Positions 19,367-29,202 are shown, numbered from the stretch's first letter. The stretch: 49,417 nucleotides of DNA from Puniceicoccaceae bacterium (GCA_040830765.1 JBFOMH010000008.1:1-49417), one strand, 5' to 3'. The notes: a model not told the origin generated them from the letters alone. Made by a program: numbers and translations.

Positions 19367-20263
19367 TTAAATTACGACGTAATCTCCGCCACGACACTGC
19401 TTCAGGTAGTTGAGGGCATGGACCTGTCCCGTCATTTCGAGCTCATCCTTGTAGACGGGATCGTGCCAGCCCTCAATGTCGATGGATCCGGTAAAGCCAC
19501 CCTTGCGTAGAATGGAAATGATATCGGTCCAATTGGAATCACCAAAGCCGGGGGTGCGGTGGTCGCCCACCTCCCGGTCACTGCTGAACCCGTAGGCGGA
19601 GATGACATCCTGATGGAGGGTGGCGTCCTTGCCATGGACATGAAACACCTTCGGTAGCCACGTTTTCAACTGGGCGATGGGATCGATACCGAGCAGCATC
19701 TGGTGACATGGCTCCCATTCGAGGCCAATGTTCTCCTCCGGCAGGGCATCAAACATCAGCTCCCAGGCAGCTGGGGAGTGGGCGATGTTCCAGTCGCCGG
19801 AGAGCCAGTTGCCCCCCATGGCACAGTTTTCAAAGGCGAGCCGGACCCCATTGTCCGCGGCACGCTTTGCCAAAGGGCCAAATACCTCCTTGTACCGTTC
19901 GATGCTGTCCGGGATGGAAGCGCCCCGCACCCTTCCCGTGAAGCCCGTGACAAGGTCTGTCCCAAAGAGGTGGGCATGGTCGATACATTGCTCCCAAGCC
20001 TGGCGGAGTGTTTCATCCTCCGGCTTCTCACCGAGCGGATTCCCGAACGGACTAATCGAGGAAATGACGGCACCGCTCCCCTCGAGAACAGGCTTCAATT
20101 CGTCTGCCAACGTCGGCAGATCGACTCCTTGCAGGGATTCCCAGAAGTTGATCTGGAAGCTCTCGAAGCCAAGCGGGAGAATCGACTTAATGTAGTCGGT
20201 CGTATCCGTACCTTTTCCGGCCAGCGTGCCGATGCGGATATCCTGATGAAATGCTCTGGTCAT
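19367..20263 (-). CDS. Sugar phosphate isomerase/epimerase (xylose isomerase-like TIM barrel)
   Basis: Motifs LAFENC, WEPCH, HVHGKD and IDIEG. Confidence 0.85.
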   Translation of the reverse strand: MTRAFHQDIRIGTLAGKGTDTTDYIKSILPLGFESFQINFWESLQGVDLPTLADELKPVLEGSGAVISSISPFGNPLGEKPEDETLRQAWEQCIDHAHLFGTDLVTGFTGRVRGASIPDSIERYKEVFGPLAKRAADNGVRLAFENCAMGGNWLSGDWNIAHSPAAWELMFDALPEENIGLEWEPCHQMLLGIDPIAQLKTWLPKVFHVHGKDATLHQDVISAYGFSSDREVGDHRTPGFGDSNWTDIISILRKGGFTGSIDIEGWHDPVYKDELEMTGQVHALNYLKQCRGGDYVVI

Positions 20264-20277
20264 ATCGCTTAAGGAAA

Positions 20278-21330
20278 TTAAACTTTGACGGTTCTGCCCT
20301 CTGCATCGGACTTGATGCAGGCATCAATGATCTTCTGGATTTCAGCGCCGCGCTCGAAGTCAGGCTGCTCCTGTACCCCCGTCCTGATGCTCTTGATAAA
20401 GCGTTTGAAATTACCGATGTCCGGGCGGGTCTCGACAACCTGCTTCTCCTTCAGCTTTCCCTTGCGGACCGGCCAGAATTCAAGACTGGTGCCAGACCTG
20501 TCCAGGTCGACCTCGATACTGCCTTGGTCCCCGTAGAGGTTGAGCCGCAGGGAATTCTGATGTGGGGCCGCTGTCCGGGTGGTATGGATGGTGCCGACAG
20601 CCCCGTTGTCATACTCAGCCGTGATAATGGCCGTGTCGTTGGCATCCAATCTGTATTCCCCGATTTGATTGCCCGGTGCCTTGTCCGGATAATTCTGGAG
20701 CTTGCAATGTACGGACTTGATCGAGCCCACGGGATAGGTTGCGAAGTCAAGGATATGGACGCCAAGATCGCCCAGCACGCCATTGCTCCCGTGCCCGGTT
20801 GACAGCCTCCAGAGCCATCCCGGGGTCTTTCTCCAATCGCCCCAATGGTCATCGACTAGCCAGCTTTGGTGATAATAGGCATGAACATGGCGGACTTGAC
20901 CAATCTTGCCCTGGGCAACCATTCTGGCTGCCCGGTGAATGGCGGAATGCCCCCGGTAAGAGAAGTTGACCATGTTGACAACGCCCGCTTTCCGGGCCGC
21001 CACAACCATCCTCCTCGCGTCGGCATAATTCGTCGCCAGTGGCTTTTCGCAAAGAATGTGCTTACCGGCCTTTATCGCCAGCAGGCTGAGGGAGGCGTGC
21101 GAGCTGTCGGGGGTGACAACACTGACGGCATCAATCTCCGGATCATTAACAAGTTTCCGCGCGTCCGTGTGGTACTTGGGAATGCTGAACTTGTGGCAGA
21201 ATTCCTTTACCCGGTCCTCGTCAATATCACATCCGGCCACCACCTTGCAGCCTTTGATCTTGGCAAAGTGCTGTGCCTGGAAGTTGGCCATCACGCCTGT
21301 TCCAATAATTCCAATGTTAATTCCCGCCAT
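20278..21330 (-). CDS. Gfo/Idh/MocA family oxidoreductase
   Basis: Rossmann start MAGINIGIIGTG, plus GKHILCEKP and GVLGDLGVHILD. Start trimmed to ATG 21330. Confidence 0.9.
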   Translation of the reverse strand: MAGINIGIIGTGVMANFQAQHFAKIKGCKVVAGCDIDEDRVKEFCHKFSIPKYHTDARKLVNDPEIDAVSVVTPDSSHASLSLLAIKAGKHILCEKPLATNYADARRMVVAARKAGVVNMVNFSYRGHSAIHRAARMVAQGKIGQVRHVHAYYHQSWLVDDHWGDWRKTPGWLWRLSTGHGSNGVLGDLGVHILDFATYPVGSIKSVHCKLQNYPDKAPGNQIGEYRLDANDTAIITAEYDNGAVGTIHTTRTAAPHQNSLRLNLYGDQGSIEVDLDRSGTSLEFWPVRKGKLKEKQVVETRPDIGNFKRFIKSIRTGVQEQPDFERGAEIQKIIDACIKSDAEGRTVKV

Positions 21331-21519
21331 ATGTCGTTTCTGAATCTTGGTTGCTCGTCTTGATAGGGCCTTTAAAACAGCCTCAAACCAGTCAGAGCAA
21401 TTGAAAACTAACCCCGAAGCCCGCCTGAATTGCCGGGGGGACGGACACATCCGGTAAGGCTGGTCCATACCCGGAAAATTCCCGCCCGATTTTCGGCGAC
21501 CTTTTGGCAATCATTTCCC

Positions 21520-21525
21520 TATACT
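21520..21525 (+). promoter_or_regulatory. Putative -10 element of a leaderless ada transcript
   Basis: TATACT lies 6 nt before ATG 21532, with no Shine-Dalgarno between them. Confidence 0.45.
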
Positions 21526-21531
21526 GTCTGC

Positions 21532-22614
21532 ATGCTATTTGAACTCCCGGACAATAAAGTGCTCTATGCGGCACTTGTGGACAAGGACCCGGCCTACGAG
21601 GGCCGGGCCTTCGTCGGCGTCCGCTCAACAGGCATTTTCTGCCGCTTCACCTGCCCGGCGAGGAAGCCGAAGCCGGAGAATTGCGAATTCTTCGAGACAG
21701 CCATCCACTGCATGGAGGCAGGCTTCCGGCCCTGCAAGCGCTGCCGCCCACTGGAAGCCGGTCTTTCAAAAGAGGAACCGGTCCGGGTCTTGATGGACAA
21801 GCTCCTGGCAAGTCCCTCCAGACGCTGGATGGAGGCCGATGTCATTGAAGCCGGTTTTGATCCCTCCACCGTCCGGCGTGCCTTCCGGCGTGAATTCGGA
21901 GTCACCTTCCTCGAGCTGGCCCGGCTCTATCGGCTCAGGGAAGGATTCAAATCACTTTCGGAGGGAGAATCCGTCATCGAGGCACAACTCGATGCTTCCT
22001 TTGACTCCTCCAGCGGCTTCAGGGAGGCCTTCACCCGCCTGCTGGGACAGGCTCCAGCCACTTTCCAAAAGGGAGAGGGCCTGCTCTGCGACTGGCTCGA
22101 CACACCGCTTGGTCCGATGATTGCCGTCGCTGATCCCCAGCGCTTGCACCTCCTCGAGTTTGCCGACCGGCGCGCCCTCGCCCGTGAAATGCAGCAACTA
22201 CAGCGTTTCGCCAAGGGAAGAATCGGCATTGGCCGTTACCCTCCCATTGATCAGGTCGAGAAGGAATTGCGGCCTTATTTCAACGGCGAAACGGCAGCAT
22301 TCAGCACACCTCTCCACCAACACGGCAGTCCCTTTGTCCAGCAGGTGTGGGCTGAGCTACGGAAGATCCCGCCCAATGAAACCCGCAGCTATCTCGACAT
22401 TGCGAAAGCCATCGATCGTCCCTCCGCCTGCCGCGCCGTCGCCCGGGCCAACGGGGCCAACCAGATCGCCATTCTCATTCCCTGCCACCGCGTCATCGGT
22501 AGTGACGGCTCCATGACTGGCTACGGCGGCGGGATCTGGCGCAAACGGCGCCTGCTCGAAATCGAGCGATCAATCGGAACGACTTCACCCCGTAGAATTG
22601 AATTGAACAGGTAA
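21532..22614 (+). CDS. ada: Bifunctional Ada transcriptional activator / O6-methylguanine-DNA methyltransferase
   Basis: Ada Zn site (TGIFCRFTC...PCKRC), AraC HTH, and the C-terminal IPCHRV active site. Confidence 0.92.
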   Translation: MLFELPDNKVLYAALVDKDPAYEGRAFVGVRSTGIFCRFTCPARKPKPENCEFFETAIHCMEAGFRPCKRCRPLEAGLSKEEPVRVLMDKLLASPSRRWMEADVIEAGFDPSTVRRAFRREFGVTFLELARLYRLREGFKSLSEGESVIEAQLDASFDSSSGFREAFTRLLGQAPATFQKGEGLLCDWLDTPLGPMIAVADPQRLHLLEFADRRALAREMQQLQRFAKGRIGIGRYPPIDQVEKELRPYFNGETAAFSTPLHQHGSPFVQQVWAELRKIPPNETRSYLDIAKAIDRPSACRAVARANGANQIAILIPCHRVIGSDGSMTGYGGGIWRKRRLLEIERSIGTTSPRRIELNR

Positions 22615-22679
22615 GGCCTCGCCGGTATCCCAATAATGCCCATCGCGCGGCATCAGCAAATCCATCCGGGAACGAGCCT

Positions 22680-22940
22680 ATGAACCTGCAGACCATCAAG
22701 GACTACCTTCTCTTTCGTCGGTTTCTCATGCCGGTCTTCCTGCAGGTGCTCTTCTGGGCCGGTATCGGAGGGACCCTCTATGGGGCATGGTGGCTCTACA
22801 CCCACGACAACTGGGCCTGGATCATGGCCTTGCTCTTCGGGATACCGGTTACCCGCCTCGTCTTTGAAAGCCTTATCCTGCGCTACCAGACCTACCTCCA
22901 TGTCAGGAAAATCAGTCAGCAACTCGATGAAAAGAAATAG
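22680..22940 (+). CDS. Small membrane protein, DUF4282-like
   Basis: F.RFLMP...VLFW and RLVFE pattern with two hydrophobic helices. Confidence 0.6.
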   Translation: MNLQTIKDYLLFRRFLMPVFLQVLFWAGIGGTLYGAWWLYTHDNWAWIMALLFGIPVTRLVFESLILRYQTYLHVRKISQQLDEKK

Positions 22941-23358
22941 CTGGGTCCTCCTTGCCTGCCTGATGATGGCCAGCAACCTCCTTGCTGCGGAAACCGCCAG
23001 CCTGACGGTCCGGGTCACCGGCCTCAGCAGTGGACAAGGCCAGGTCTTCCTCTCGCTGTTCAACACTCCGGACAATTTCCTCAAGGAGCCCGTTCTTGAA
23101 AAAACCCTCCCGGCCGGCGAATCCAACTCCCTGACCGTTCACTTTCCGGACCTGCAACCCGGTACATGGGCCGTCAGCGTTTTCTACGACAAGGACGGAA
23201 ATGGCAAAATGAAGAAGGGTTTCCTTGGTATTCCCAAGGAACCCGTCGGCTTTTCCAACGACGCCAAGGGCTCCTTTGGGCCGCCCTCTTTCGAGGATGC
23301 CACCTTCTCCCTCGAGGCTGACCTCGAAATTGTCGTCAAGGTGGGCAAAGCCGATTGA
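22927..23358 (+). CDS. DUF2141 family secreted protein
   Basis: Signal peptide, then PGTWAVSVFYDKDGNGKM...GIPKEPVGFSN...GPPSFEDA. Confidence 0.85.
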   Translation: MKRNSWVLLACLMMASNLLAAETASLTVRVTGLSSGQGQVFLSLFNTPDNFLKEPVLEKTLPAGESNSLTVHFPDLQPGTWAVSVFYDKDGNGKMKKGFLGIPKEPVGFSNDAKGSFGPPSFEDATFSLEADLEIVVKVGKAD

Positions 23359-23370
23359 GCGAGAGGAGCC

Positions 23371-23832
23371 ATGATTACCCCCCTCATCATGCTCGGTCTC
23401 CTCGCCCTCCCACTGGCCATGGCCAAGCTTGCCCAGCTTGCGGGCTCTGACCGCGTCAACTTCCGCACCGCCGGTGCCCTTGGCCTCGTCCTCCTCTTTC
23501 TCTTCACCGGGGTCGGCCACTTTATCAAGACCGAAGCCATGGCAGCCATGATTCCCGAGGCCTTTCCCTCCCGGACCGCCCTTGTCCAGGCCACCGGCGG
23601 TCTCGAAATCCTCCTCGGGCTCGCCTTCCTCTTCCGTCCCTTGCGCCGCTTCGCCGGCCTCTCCGCTATCGCCCTGCTCCTCCTCTTCCTCCCCCTCAAT
23701 GTCTACGCCGCCTTCGCCCAGGTTCCCCTCGGCGGCCACGCCTGGGGTCCCCTTTACCTCGCCATCCGCATCCCCCTGCAAGTCATTATCCTCCTCTGGG
23801 CCTACTGCTTTACCGTCAGGGCCCCGGAATAA
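23371..23832 (+). CDS. DoxX-like membrane protein
   Basis: FTGVGHF...MIP...GGLEILLG...FLPLNVY...RIPLQ pattern with 4-5 TM helices. Confidence 0.7.
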   Translation: MITPLIMLGLLALPLAMAKLAQLAGSDRVNFRTAGALGLVLLFLFTGVGHFIKTEAMAAMIPEAFPSRTALVQATGGLEILLGLAFLFRPLRRFAGLSAIALLLLFLPLNVYAAFAQVPLGGHAWGPLYLAIRIPLQVIILLWAYCFTVRAPE

Positions 23833-23856
23833 TCGGGCATCCCGCAGCGATTTTCC

Positions 23857-23901
23857 TTGTAATACTGCAGTACAGTACTCTATAACTACTGCAATGCAGT
23901 T
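23857..23901 (+). promoter_or_regulatory. Sigma70-like promoter (TTGTAA-N18-TATAAC) overlapped by two palindromic operator boxes
   Basis: TACTGCAGTACAGT (23863-23876) and TACTGCAATGCAGT (23887-23900) are 24 bp apart. The second covers ATG 23894. Confidence 0.6.
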
Positions 23902-25450
23902 AGAACCGGAAAACAGGGTCCTGGGGGACCTGGAGAGCGGGACCGGGAGGATCCCCGGGGTGGAAACGAATCCTGCAGTGGCCACGGGCACCGGCCTGCG
24001 GGGTCTATTGCTGATTGGAGCGGGGATCGTGGCGGGAGACTGGACCCTCCTGTATCATCGAGCTGGAGCGGGGGTAGGAATATTCTTTCTGGTCCTGTTG
24101 GGGATGGTCTGGCTGAGGAGGGGTGAGCAACGGCCGACGGGACCGGGGGTACTCCTCCTTCTGGGATTATACCTGGCCAGTGCGGTGCAGAGCGCTGTAT
24201 TCACGAGTTTCTCGAACGGAGTGGTCCTGTTGGCCTTGTTGCTGGTATTGAGTGGTGAATGGGGATCCGCCGGCTGGGAAAATCGGTGGCAAAACTGGTT
24301 GGAAGGAATGCTATCCCCCCTCCGGCCGCTGGGGGCCTATCTGCAGGCGAGGCAACAGTTCGAGGAGGCGGAGGACGGGCGCTCCGGCCGCATTCGGGAG
24401 GCGGTCTGGATACTGGTCCCGGTGGTTGTCCTCCTGCTGGTCTTCATTCCCCTCCTCAGCGGGGGCAATGCCATTCTCGGGATGTGGACGGAGCTCCTTT
24501 TGCGGAGTATTCATCTGCCCCACCTCGGCGACCTTATCTGCTGGGGAATGCTGGGAATCCTTGGACTGGTCCTTGTCTACCCGGCTGGCCGAACCCGCTT
24601 GGCCGGGCACCTCGGCGGGACCTGGAGACAGCTCGGGCGGGGCACCGTCATCCTGCGGCGCCGCCAATGGTTGGCCATCCTCATGGCCCTGAACCTGCTC
24701 TTTCTCTTCTCCAATATCCTGGACGTCCTCTATCTGTGGTTCTCCCAGGAATTACCTGCTGGGGTGACCTACAGCCAGTATGTCCACAAGGGGGTCTATG
24801 CCCTCATCATGACAACTGTCCTTTCCGCCCTTATTCTCGGATTACTGACCCAGCATGCCGACGCGGTGCGCAAAAACGCCCTCATCCGGGTTCTCGGAAT
24901 GACTTGGATCGGGCAAAACCTGCTCCTTATCAGTGGCGTCTTCGTCCGCCTCGCACTATATGTGGATGCCTATGGCTACACGCCCAAGCGGGTCTATGTC
25001 GCCCTCTTCCTCGGCCTTGTCATCGGTGGATTTGCCGCCCTCGCCTGGGCCATTGTCCGGTTGAGGGACCTGAAGTGGCTCACCGGAGTCAACCTGGGGC
25101 TCGTTTTCCTGCTTTTTACTGTTATCCAGTTTGTAGATGTGCGTGGCCTCGTGGCGTACCAGAACCGGGAGCTGTATGCGGCGGGGAAGATCGCTTATCC
25201 CGAATGGGATTATCTCTGGCAAATCGGGAGCCACTCGGTAGTCTCGATACTGGGGGTACTGGAAAGTCCTCAAACGGAGGCAGACCGGGAGGCGGCGGCG
25301 GCCTTGCTGGCGGATCAAGAAAACCTGGTCCGGTCTTTTCCTTCGCTCAAAGCGGAGAAGGCCTGGCAGTCCTTCCAACTGCGGGATGTGCGCAACCGGG
25401 CCCTTTATGAGGAGTACTTGGAAACATTGGCCCTTCCAAAGCAGAACTAA
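23894..25450 (+). CDS. DUF4153/DUF4173-like polytopic membrane protein
   Basis: Many TM helices, with YSQYVHKGVYAL and RLALYVDAYGYTPKR. Start trimmed to MQLEPE. Confidence 0.8.
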   Translation: MQLEPENRVLGDLESGTGRIPGVETNPAVATGTGLRGLLLIGAGIVAGDWTLLYHRAGAGVGIFFLVLLGMVWLRRGEQRPTGPGVLLLLGLYLASAVQSAVFTSFSNGVVLLALLLVLSGEWGSAGWENRWQNWLEGMLSPLRPLGAYLQARQQFEEAEDGRSGRIREAVWILVPVVVLLLVFIPLLSGGNAILGMWTELLLRSIHLPHLGDLICWGMLGILGLVLVYPAGRTRLAGHLGGTWRQLGRGTVILRRRQWLAILMALNLLFLFSNILDVLYLWFSQELPAGVTYSQYVHKGVYALIMTTVLSALILGLLTQHADAVRKNALIRVLGMTWIGQNLLLISGVFVRLALYVDAYGYTPKRVYVALFLGLVIGGFAALAWAIVRLRDLKWLTGVNLGLVFLLFTVIQFVDVRGLVAYQNRELYAAGKIAYPEWDYLWQIGSHSVVSILGVLESPQTEADREAAAALLADQENLVRSFPSLKAEKAWQSFQLRDVRNRALYEEYLETLALPKQN

Positions 25451-25470
25451 TCTGCTTTAATGAACTTCTG

Positions 25471-26103
25471 ATGGACCCGATTCAAATCAAGCAGGCCCTG
25501 AGTGAGGTCCGCAACCTGCGGAAAAACATCCTCGATAAGCAGCTCTACAAGGGCTACTCAGGCCGCGCAAGAGCCCTCGGCGGATGCGTCGCTCTGGTGG
25601 CCTCGCTGATAGCGGGACCGGGTCCCCTTGCCCCGGACGCTGAGGACCTCTTCCTGATGTGGGGCGTTGTTTATCTTGCCGCGATGCTGGTCAACTATGG
25701 TGCCGTTGCCGCGTGGATCCTGCAGAGGGGCAATTACCGCCGATGCGACCATTCGGTGGTATTTGAAATGGTCCCCGTCTGGATCGTCGGGGGTGGCCTG
25801 ACCCTGGCCCTGTGGTGGAACGGCGAGGCGGATCTCCTCTACGGGACCTGGATGTGCCTCTTCGGGCTGGCCCAGGGGCTCAACCGCTTGCGCCTGCCCC
25901 AAAATGTGGCCTGGGTTGGCGGATGGTACATCACCTGTGGCTTGATCTGCCTCATTTTTGCCGAGGGCCTCTTCCAGCAACCGCTGGTCATGGGACTGGT
26001 GTTTTTTGCCGGGGAATTTGCGGCTGGATTCATCATGCACAACAGCCAGCATGGGGGTGGAGTCACGGGTTTTCTAAAATTGGAAGGATCGATCGATGAG
26101 TAA
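25471..26103 (+). CDS. Membrane protein (6 predicted TM)
   Basis: ALSEVRNLR...YSGRARALGG N-terminus and hydrophobic helices; overlaps the next gene. Confidence 0.75.
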   Translation: MDPIQIKQALSEVRNLRKNILDKQLYKGYSGRARALGGCVALVASLIAGPGPLAPDAEDLFLMWGVVYLAAMLVNYGAVAAWILQRGNYRRCDHSVVFEMVPVWIVGGGLTLALWWNGEADLLYGTWMCLFGLAQGLNRLRLPQNVAWVGGWYITCGLICLIFAEGLFQQPLVMGLVFFAGEFAAGFIMHNSQHGGGVTGFLKLEGSIDE

Positions 26104-26488
26104 GGAAATAGAAAACGAGCTGCCCTTTGACAAACTGGAGCGCTGCATGCACGAGCCGGCACGGCTGGCCATCCTGTCTCTTCTCATGAATGCCAGCGAT
26201 GGCCTGACCTATCGTGAGTTGCAGGACCAGCTCGACCTCACCTACGGCAATCTCGAGCGCCATATGAAAGTCCTGATCAAGGCGGAAGTCGTCGAGGTCG
26301 AAAAAGTCCAGTCTTCCCGCCGCGCCCAGAGTTTCGCCTGCTTTTCCAGCTCCGGCCGGGAGGCCTTCATGCGCTACCTCGACAATCTCGAGCAAATCCT
26401 CCAAGCCGCCCAGGGCAGGCAAAATCAAAAGGAGGCCGGCAGTTCCCTCGATGACCTCTCATCCGATGAGTTTCTCAATCTCATCTAA
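26096..26488 (+). CDS. Winged-helix transcriptional regulator (HTH_34/MarR-ArsR-like)
   Basis: HEPARLAILSLL...LTYGNLERHM...GREAFMRYL. Confidence 0.85.
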   Translation: MSKEIENELPFDKLERCMHEPARLAILSLLMNASDGLTYRELQDQLDLTYGNLERHMKVLIKAEVVEVEKVQSSRRAQSFACFSSSGREAFMRYLDNLEQILQAAQGRQNQKEAGSSLDDLSSDEFLNLI

Positions 26489-26503
26489 CTGCGGCCAGCC
26501 CGC

Positions 26504-27187
26504 TTAGCCCTTCCCGTGACCCGAAACCAAGTCTTCCCGGCTGCTCACCAGCTCGCCCGTCTCCGCAAAACGGCAGCTCGCGCTTGAGACTTGAAAGGCA
26601 AAGGCCCGTCGCGGGCGATCCGTCCGGTTTTCCTTACTGTGATGCAGTAGTTCGCGGTGGAAGATAAGGGCATCCCCGGGTTGGAGCGGGGGTCCGGGGA
26701 TGGCGTTATCGGGCTCAGCAGCCCGCTTGTGGCCTTCTTCCGGATTGATGTTGGGGAGGCGGCCAAGGAGATGGGAACGGGGAGCAATCCAGAGACCGGC
26801 ATTCTCGGTGGTAATGGAATCGAGGGCGACAAAGGCGTTGCACATGTGGCCGAGGATGTGGGTGTACTGGTTATCCTGGTGCCAATCCAGCCCGCGGCCG
26901 CCTGGCATCACCACGGCATACATACCATGCCAGAAAGTGGTGGGTCCACCAAGCAGCTCCTCCATGCAGGCATGAATGCGCGGTGTGTCCAATTCGGACT
27001 GGGCAACATCTGACATGACCAGGCCCTGCCACTCCTTCTCCTCCTGAAGGGCTTTGATTTGTTCGTCATAGGATTGATTAATTACCTCCACCGACTCAGC
27101 CGGCAGGAACTGACGGGCCACGAAAAAGCCCTCGCGGTAGAAGGCCTGGGTATCCTCTTCGTTAATTTGGTAAATATTTGATTCCAT
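26504..27187 (-). CDS. Phytanoyl-CoA dioxygenase (PhyH) family Fe(II)/2OG oxygenase
   Basis: WHQD, ENAGLWIAPRSH and LLHHS..N.T..PRR. Confidence 0.88.
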   Translation of the reverse strand: MESNIYQINEEDTQAFYREGFFVARQFLPAESVEVINQSYDEQIKALQEEKEWQGLVMSDVAQSELDTPRIHACMEELLGGPTTFWHGMYAVVMPGGRGLDWHQDNQYTHILGHMCNAFVALDSITTENAGLWIAPRSHLLGRLPNINPEEGHKRAAEPDNAIPGPPLQPGDALIFHRELLHHSKENRTDRPRRAFAFQVSSASCRFAETGELVSSREDLVSGHGKG

Positions 27188-27288
27188 CGTTTAAATCTCC
27201 CCAATTTATGGCCCATTATTACCATCTTAGGGAGAATGTCCCTCTTCCAGTATGTCTTACTGTAATCGGAACCGGGACCGGATATCGA

Positions 27289-28140
27289 CTAGTGGCGGTT
27301 TGGTGAAAAGACGGCCAGCAGTTCCGGTACCCGATTGCGCTTTTCACCATTGCAGCTGATCAATCGACGGACCTCGAAGGAAACGATGTGCGCTTCATGG
27401 TAGAGCTGGCGGGTCTTGGCGTTATCATGGTTGGAGATGATAACCGTTGCCCCACGGGCGGCCGATTTGACAGCGAATTCCGCCAACCGATCCTGATCGG
27501 AAGGCCCGAATCCCCCGGAGCTATAACTGCTGAAGTTAGCCGTTGTTGAATGGGGCACATAGGGCGGGTCACAATAGACAACATCCCCTGCCCCCGCCTC
27601 CTCGAAAGTCACGGAGAAAGGCTGGCAACTGAAGGTGGCCTGGCTGGCGGCGCAGGCAAAGGCCTGTAGCTCCTTTTCCGGGAAATAGGGTGCCTTGTAG
27701 CGGCCAAAGGGGACGTTGAAACGGCCCTTGGCGTTGTAGCGGCAAAGCCCGTTGTAACCATGGCGGTTCATGTAGAGGAAGAGCAGGTTCTTGCGGTGGC
27801 GATCGGCACTCCGGTTGAACTCCTCCCGGAACTTGTAGTAGGCTTCCGGACAATTGTTCTCCGGGACAAAGAGTTGGCGACAATCCTCAATAAAGCGCGT
27901 CGGTTCATTGCGGACATCCTCAAAGAGACTGATCAAGTCCGCATTCACATCAGCAATGCGGTTTTGCGGAAGGTCCGCATTGAGAAAGACCGCACCTGCG
28001 CCGGCGAAGGGCTCAATAAGACGTTCCCCGCGAGCCTCCCGAATGAGAGGCAGCACCCGCTCCAATAGGCGGTACTTGTTCCCGGCCCATTTCAGGAAGG
28101 GCCGGACGGGGGAAGGTTTAATCATTTGCGTAGTGCTCAT
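27289..28140 (-). CDS. dam: Dam-family DNA adenine methyltransferase
   Basis: FLKWAGNK, EPFAGAGAV, NRHGYNGLCRYN..G.FNVPFGRY and DPPY. Confidence 0.92.
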   Translation of the reverse strand: MSTTQMIKPSPVRPFLKWAGNKYRLLERVLPLIREARGERLIEPFAGAGAVFLNADLPQNRIADVNADLISLFEDVRNEPTRFIEDCRQLFVPENNCPEAYYKFREEFNRSADRHRKNLLFLYMNRHGYNGLCRYNAKGRFNVPFGRYKAPYFPEKELQAFACAASQATFSCQPFSVTFEEAGAGDVVYCDPPYVPHSTTANFSSYSSGGFGPSDQDRLAEFAVKSAARGATVIISNHDNAKTRQLYHEAHIVSFEVRRLISCNGEKRNRVPELLAVFSPNRH

Positions 28141-28194
28141 CGAAATCCGCCTGCCTCATCAGGTTGTCCGGATTCCGTCCCTGCACAAGCCTCT

Positions 28195-29202
28195 TCAATC
28201 AGCCTTCTTTCCCAGCACGAGGGACTCTATCGAGGAAAGCTCCGGCCGGCCGCCTCGGTTACCACTCCCGGAACAGGTATAAAGCTTTCCCTTGTAGTTG
28301 ATCACTGCCGAACCGTGCCGCCCCCTCTGCAATGCCGGCCAATCATACCACTCCCCGGATTCCGGGCTGTACACTTCCACTTCATCATGGGCCAGTTTTT
28401 GAGTACCGCTTTCCCCTCCAGCGACCAGGAGGCAACCATCGACAACAGCACTGGAAGTCCCCGCTCGGGGCGTCGGCAAGGGCAGCTCGAGGGTGGCCCA
28501 TCCACCAGAGGCGATATCGTAGACATCCACTTCAGCAACTGTCCTGGAAAAGAGTTCATCCGTTTCGCGGGAAGTCTGGCGACCACCGGCGGAGTAGATT
28601 TTTCCTTCGATAATGACCGCCTGGAAGTGGTCCCGCGCGTGCGGAGCGTCTGGCAGGACCTCCCACTCCCCGGTTGTCGGATTCCAACGATCAAGCCATG
28701 GAACAAATCCACCCATGTGCCCGCGTTGAATGCCGGCAACAAGGTAGATCATGCCTTCATGCTCAACTACGCCTCCCCCACTCCGGCGGCGCTCCACCGG
28801 AATCTCCGGACCCACCGTCCATTCGTTTTTCCCGGGTTCGAAGATGTACATATGCGGCACAGGGGTCTCATTGGGATACTTGCCGGTCATGGCCCCTATG
28901 ACCCAGATTTTCCCTTCGCGTGAAATTGCCTGGAAGTGATGCAGCTCAATCGGTGGAGCCGCCAGCGCCTCCCACTCCCCGGTACCAGGGTCGTAAGCAT
29001 CGACCGGCTGAATCCGTCGCCCGCCAAGGAGGTAGAATTTACCTTCGCATTCGACGAAAGTCGCCTCGTGTCGGGGATGCATGCAACCTGTGACATCCTC
29101 CAGTTCCCAGCCGGAAATGCCCGTGCAGGTGTGGTCTTGATTCTCTGCAAGAACCAATTGTGAAGTCACCAGGATGAGGGAGATTAGGGTCAATGTTCTC
29201 AT
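28195..29202 (-). CDS. Secreted Kelch-repeat beta-propeller protein
   Basis: Signal peptide and six Kelch repeats (YLLGG, YSAGG, LVAGG, V..Y.P....W). Start is ATG 29202 or TTG 29217. Confidence 0.85.
   Translation of the reverse strand: MRTLTLISLILVTSQLVLAENQDHTCTGISGWELEDVTGCMHPRHEATFVECEGKFYLLGGRRIQPVDAYDPGTGEWEALAAPPIELHHFQAISREGKIWVIGAMTGKYPNETPVPHMYIFEPGKNEWTVGPEIPVERRRSGGGVVEHEGMIYLVAGIQRGHMGGFVPWLDRWNPTTGEWEVLPDAPHARDHFQAVIIEGKIYSAGGRQTSRETDELFSRTVAEVDVYDIASGGWATLELPLPTPRAGTSSAVVDGCLLVAGGESGTQKLAHDEVEVYSPESGEWYDWPALQRGRHGSAVINYKGKLYTCSGSGNRGGRPELSSIESLVLGKKAD

Noticed and set aside
21532..28140. ada and dam proximity as a joint methylation or defence system
   Set aside because: Separated by unrelated genes and on opposite strands, with no nuclease or mobile-element signature.
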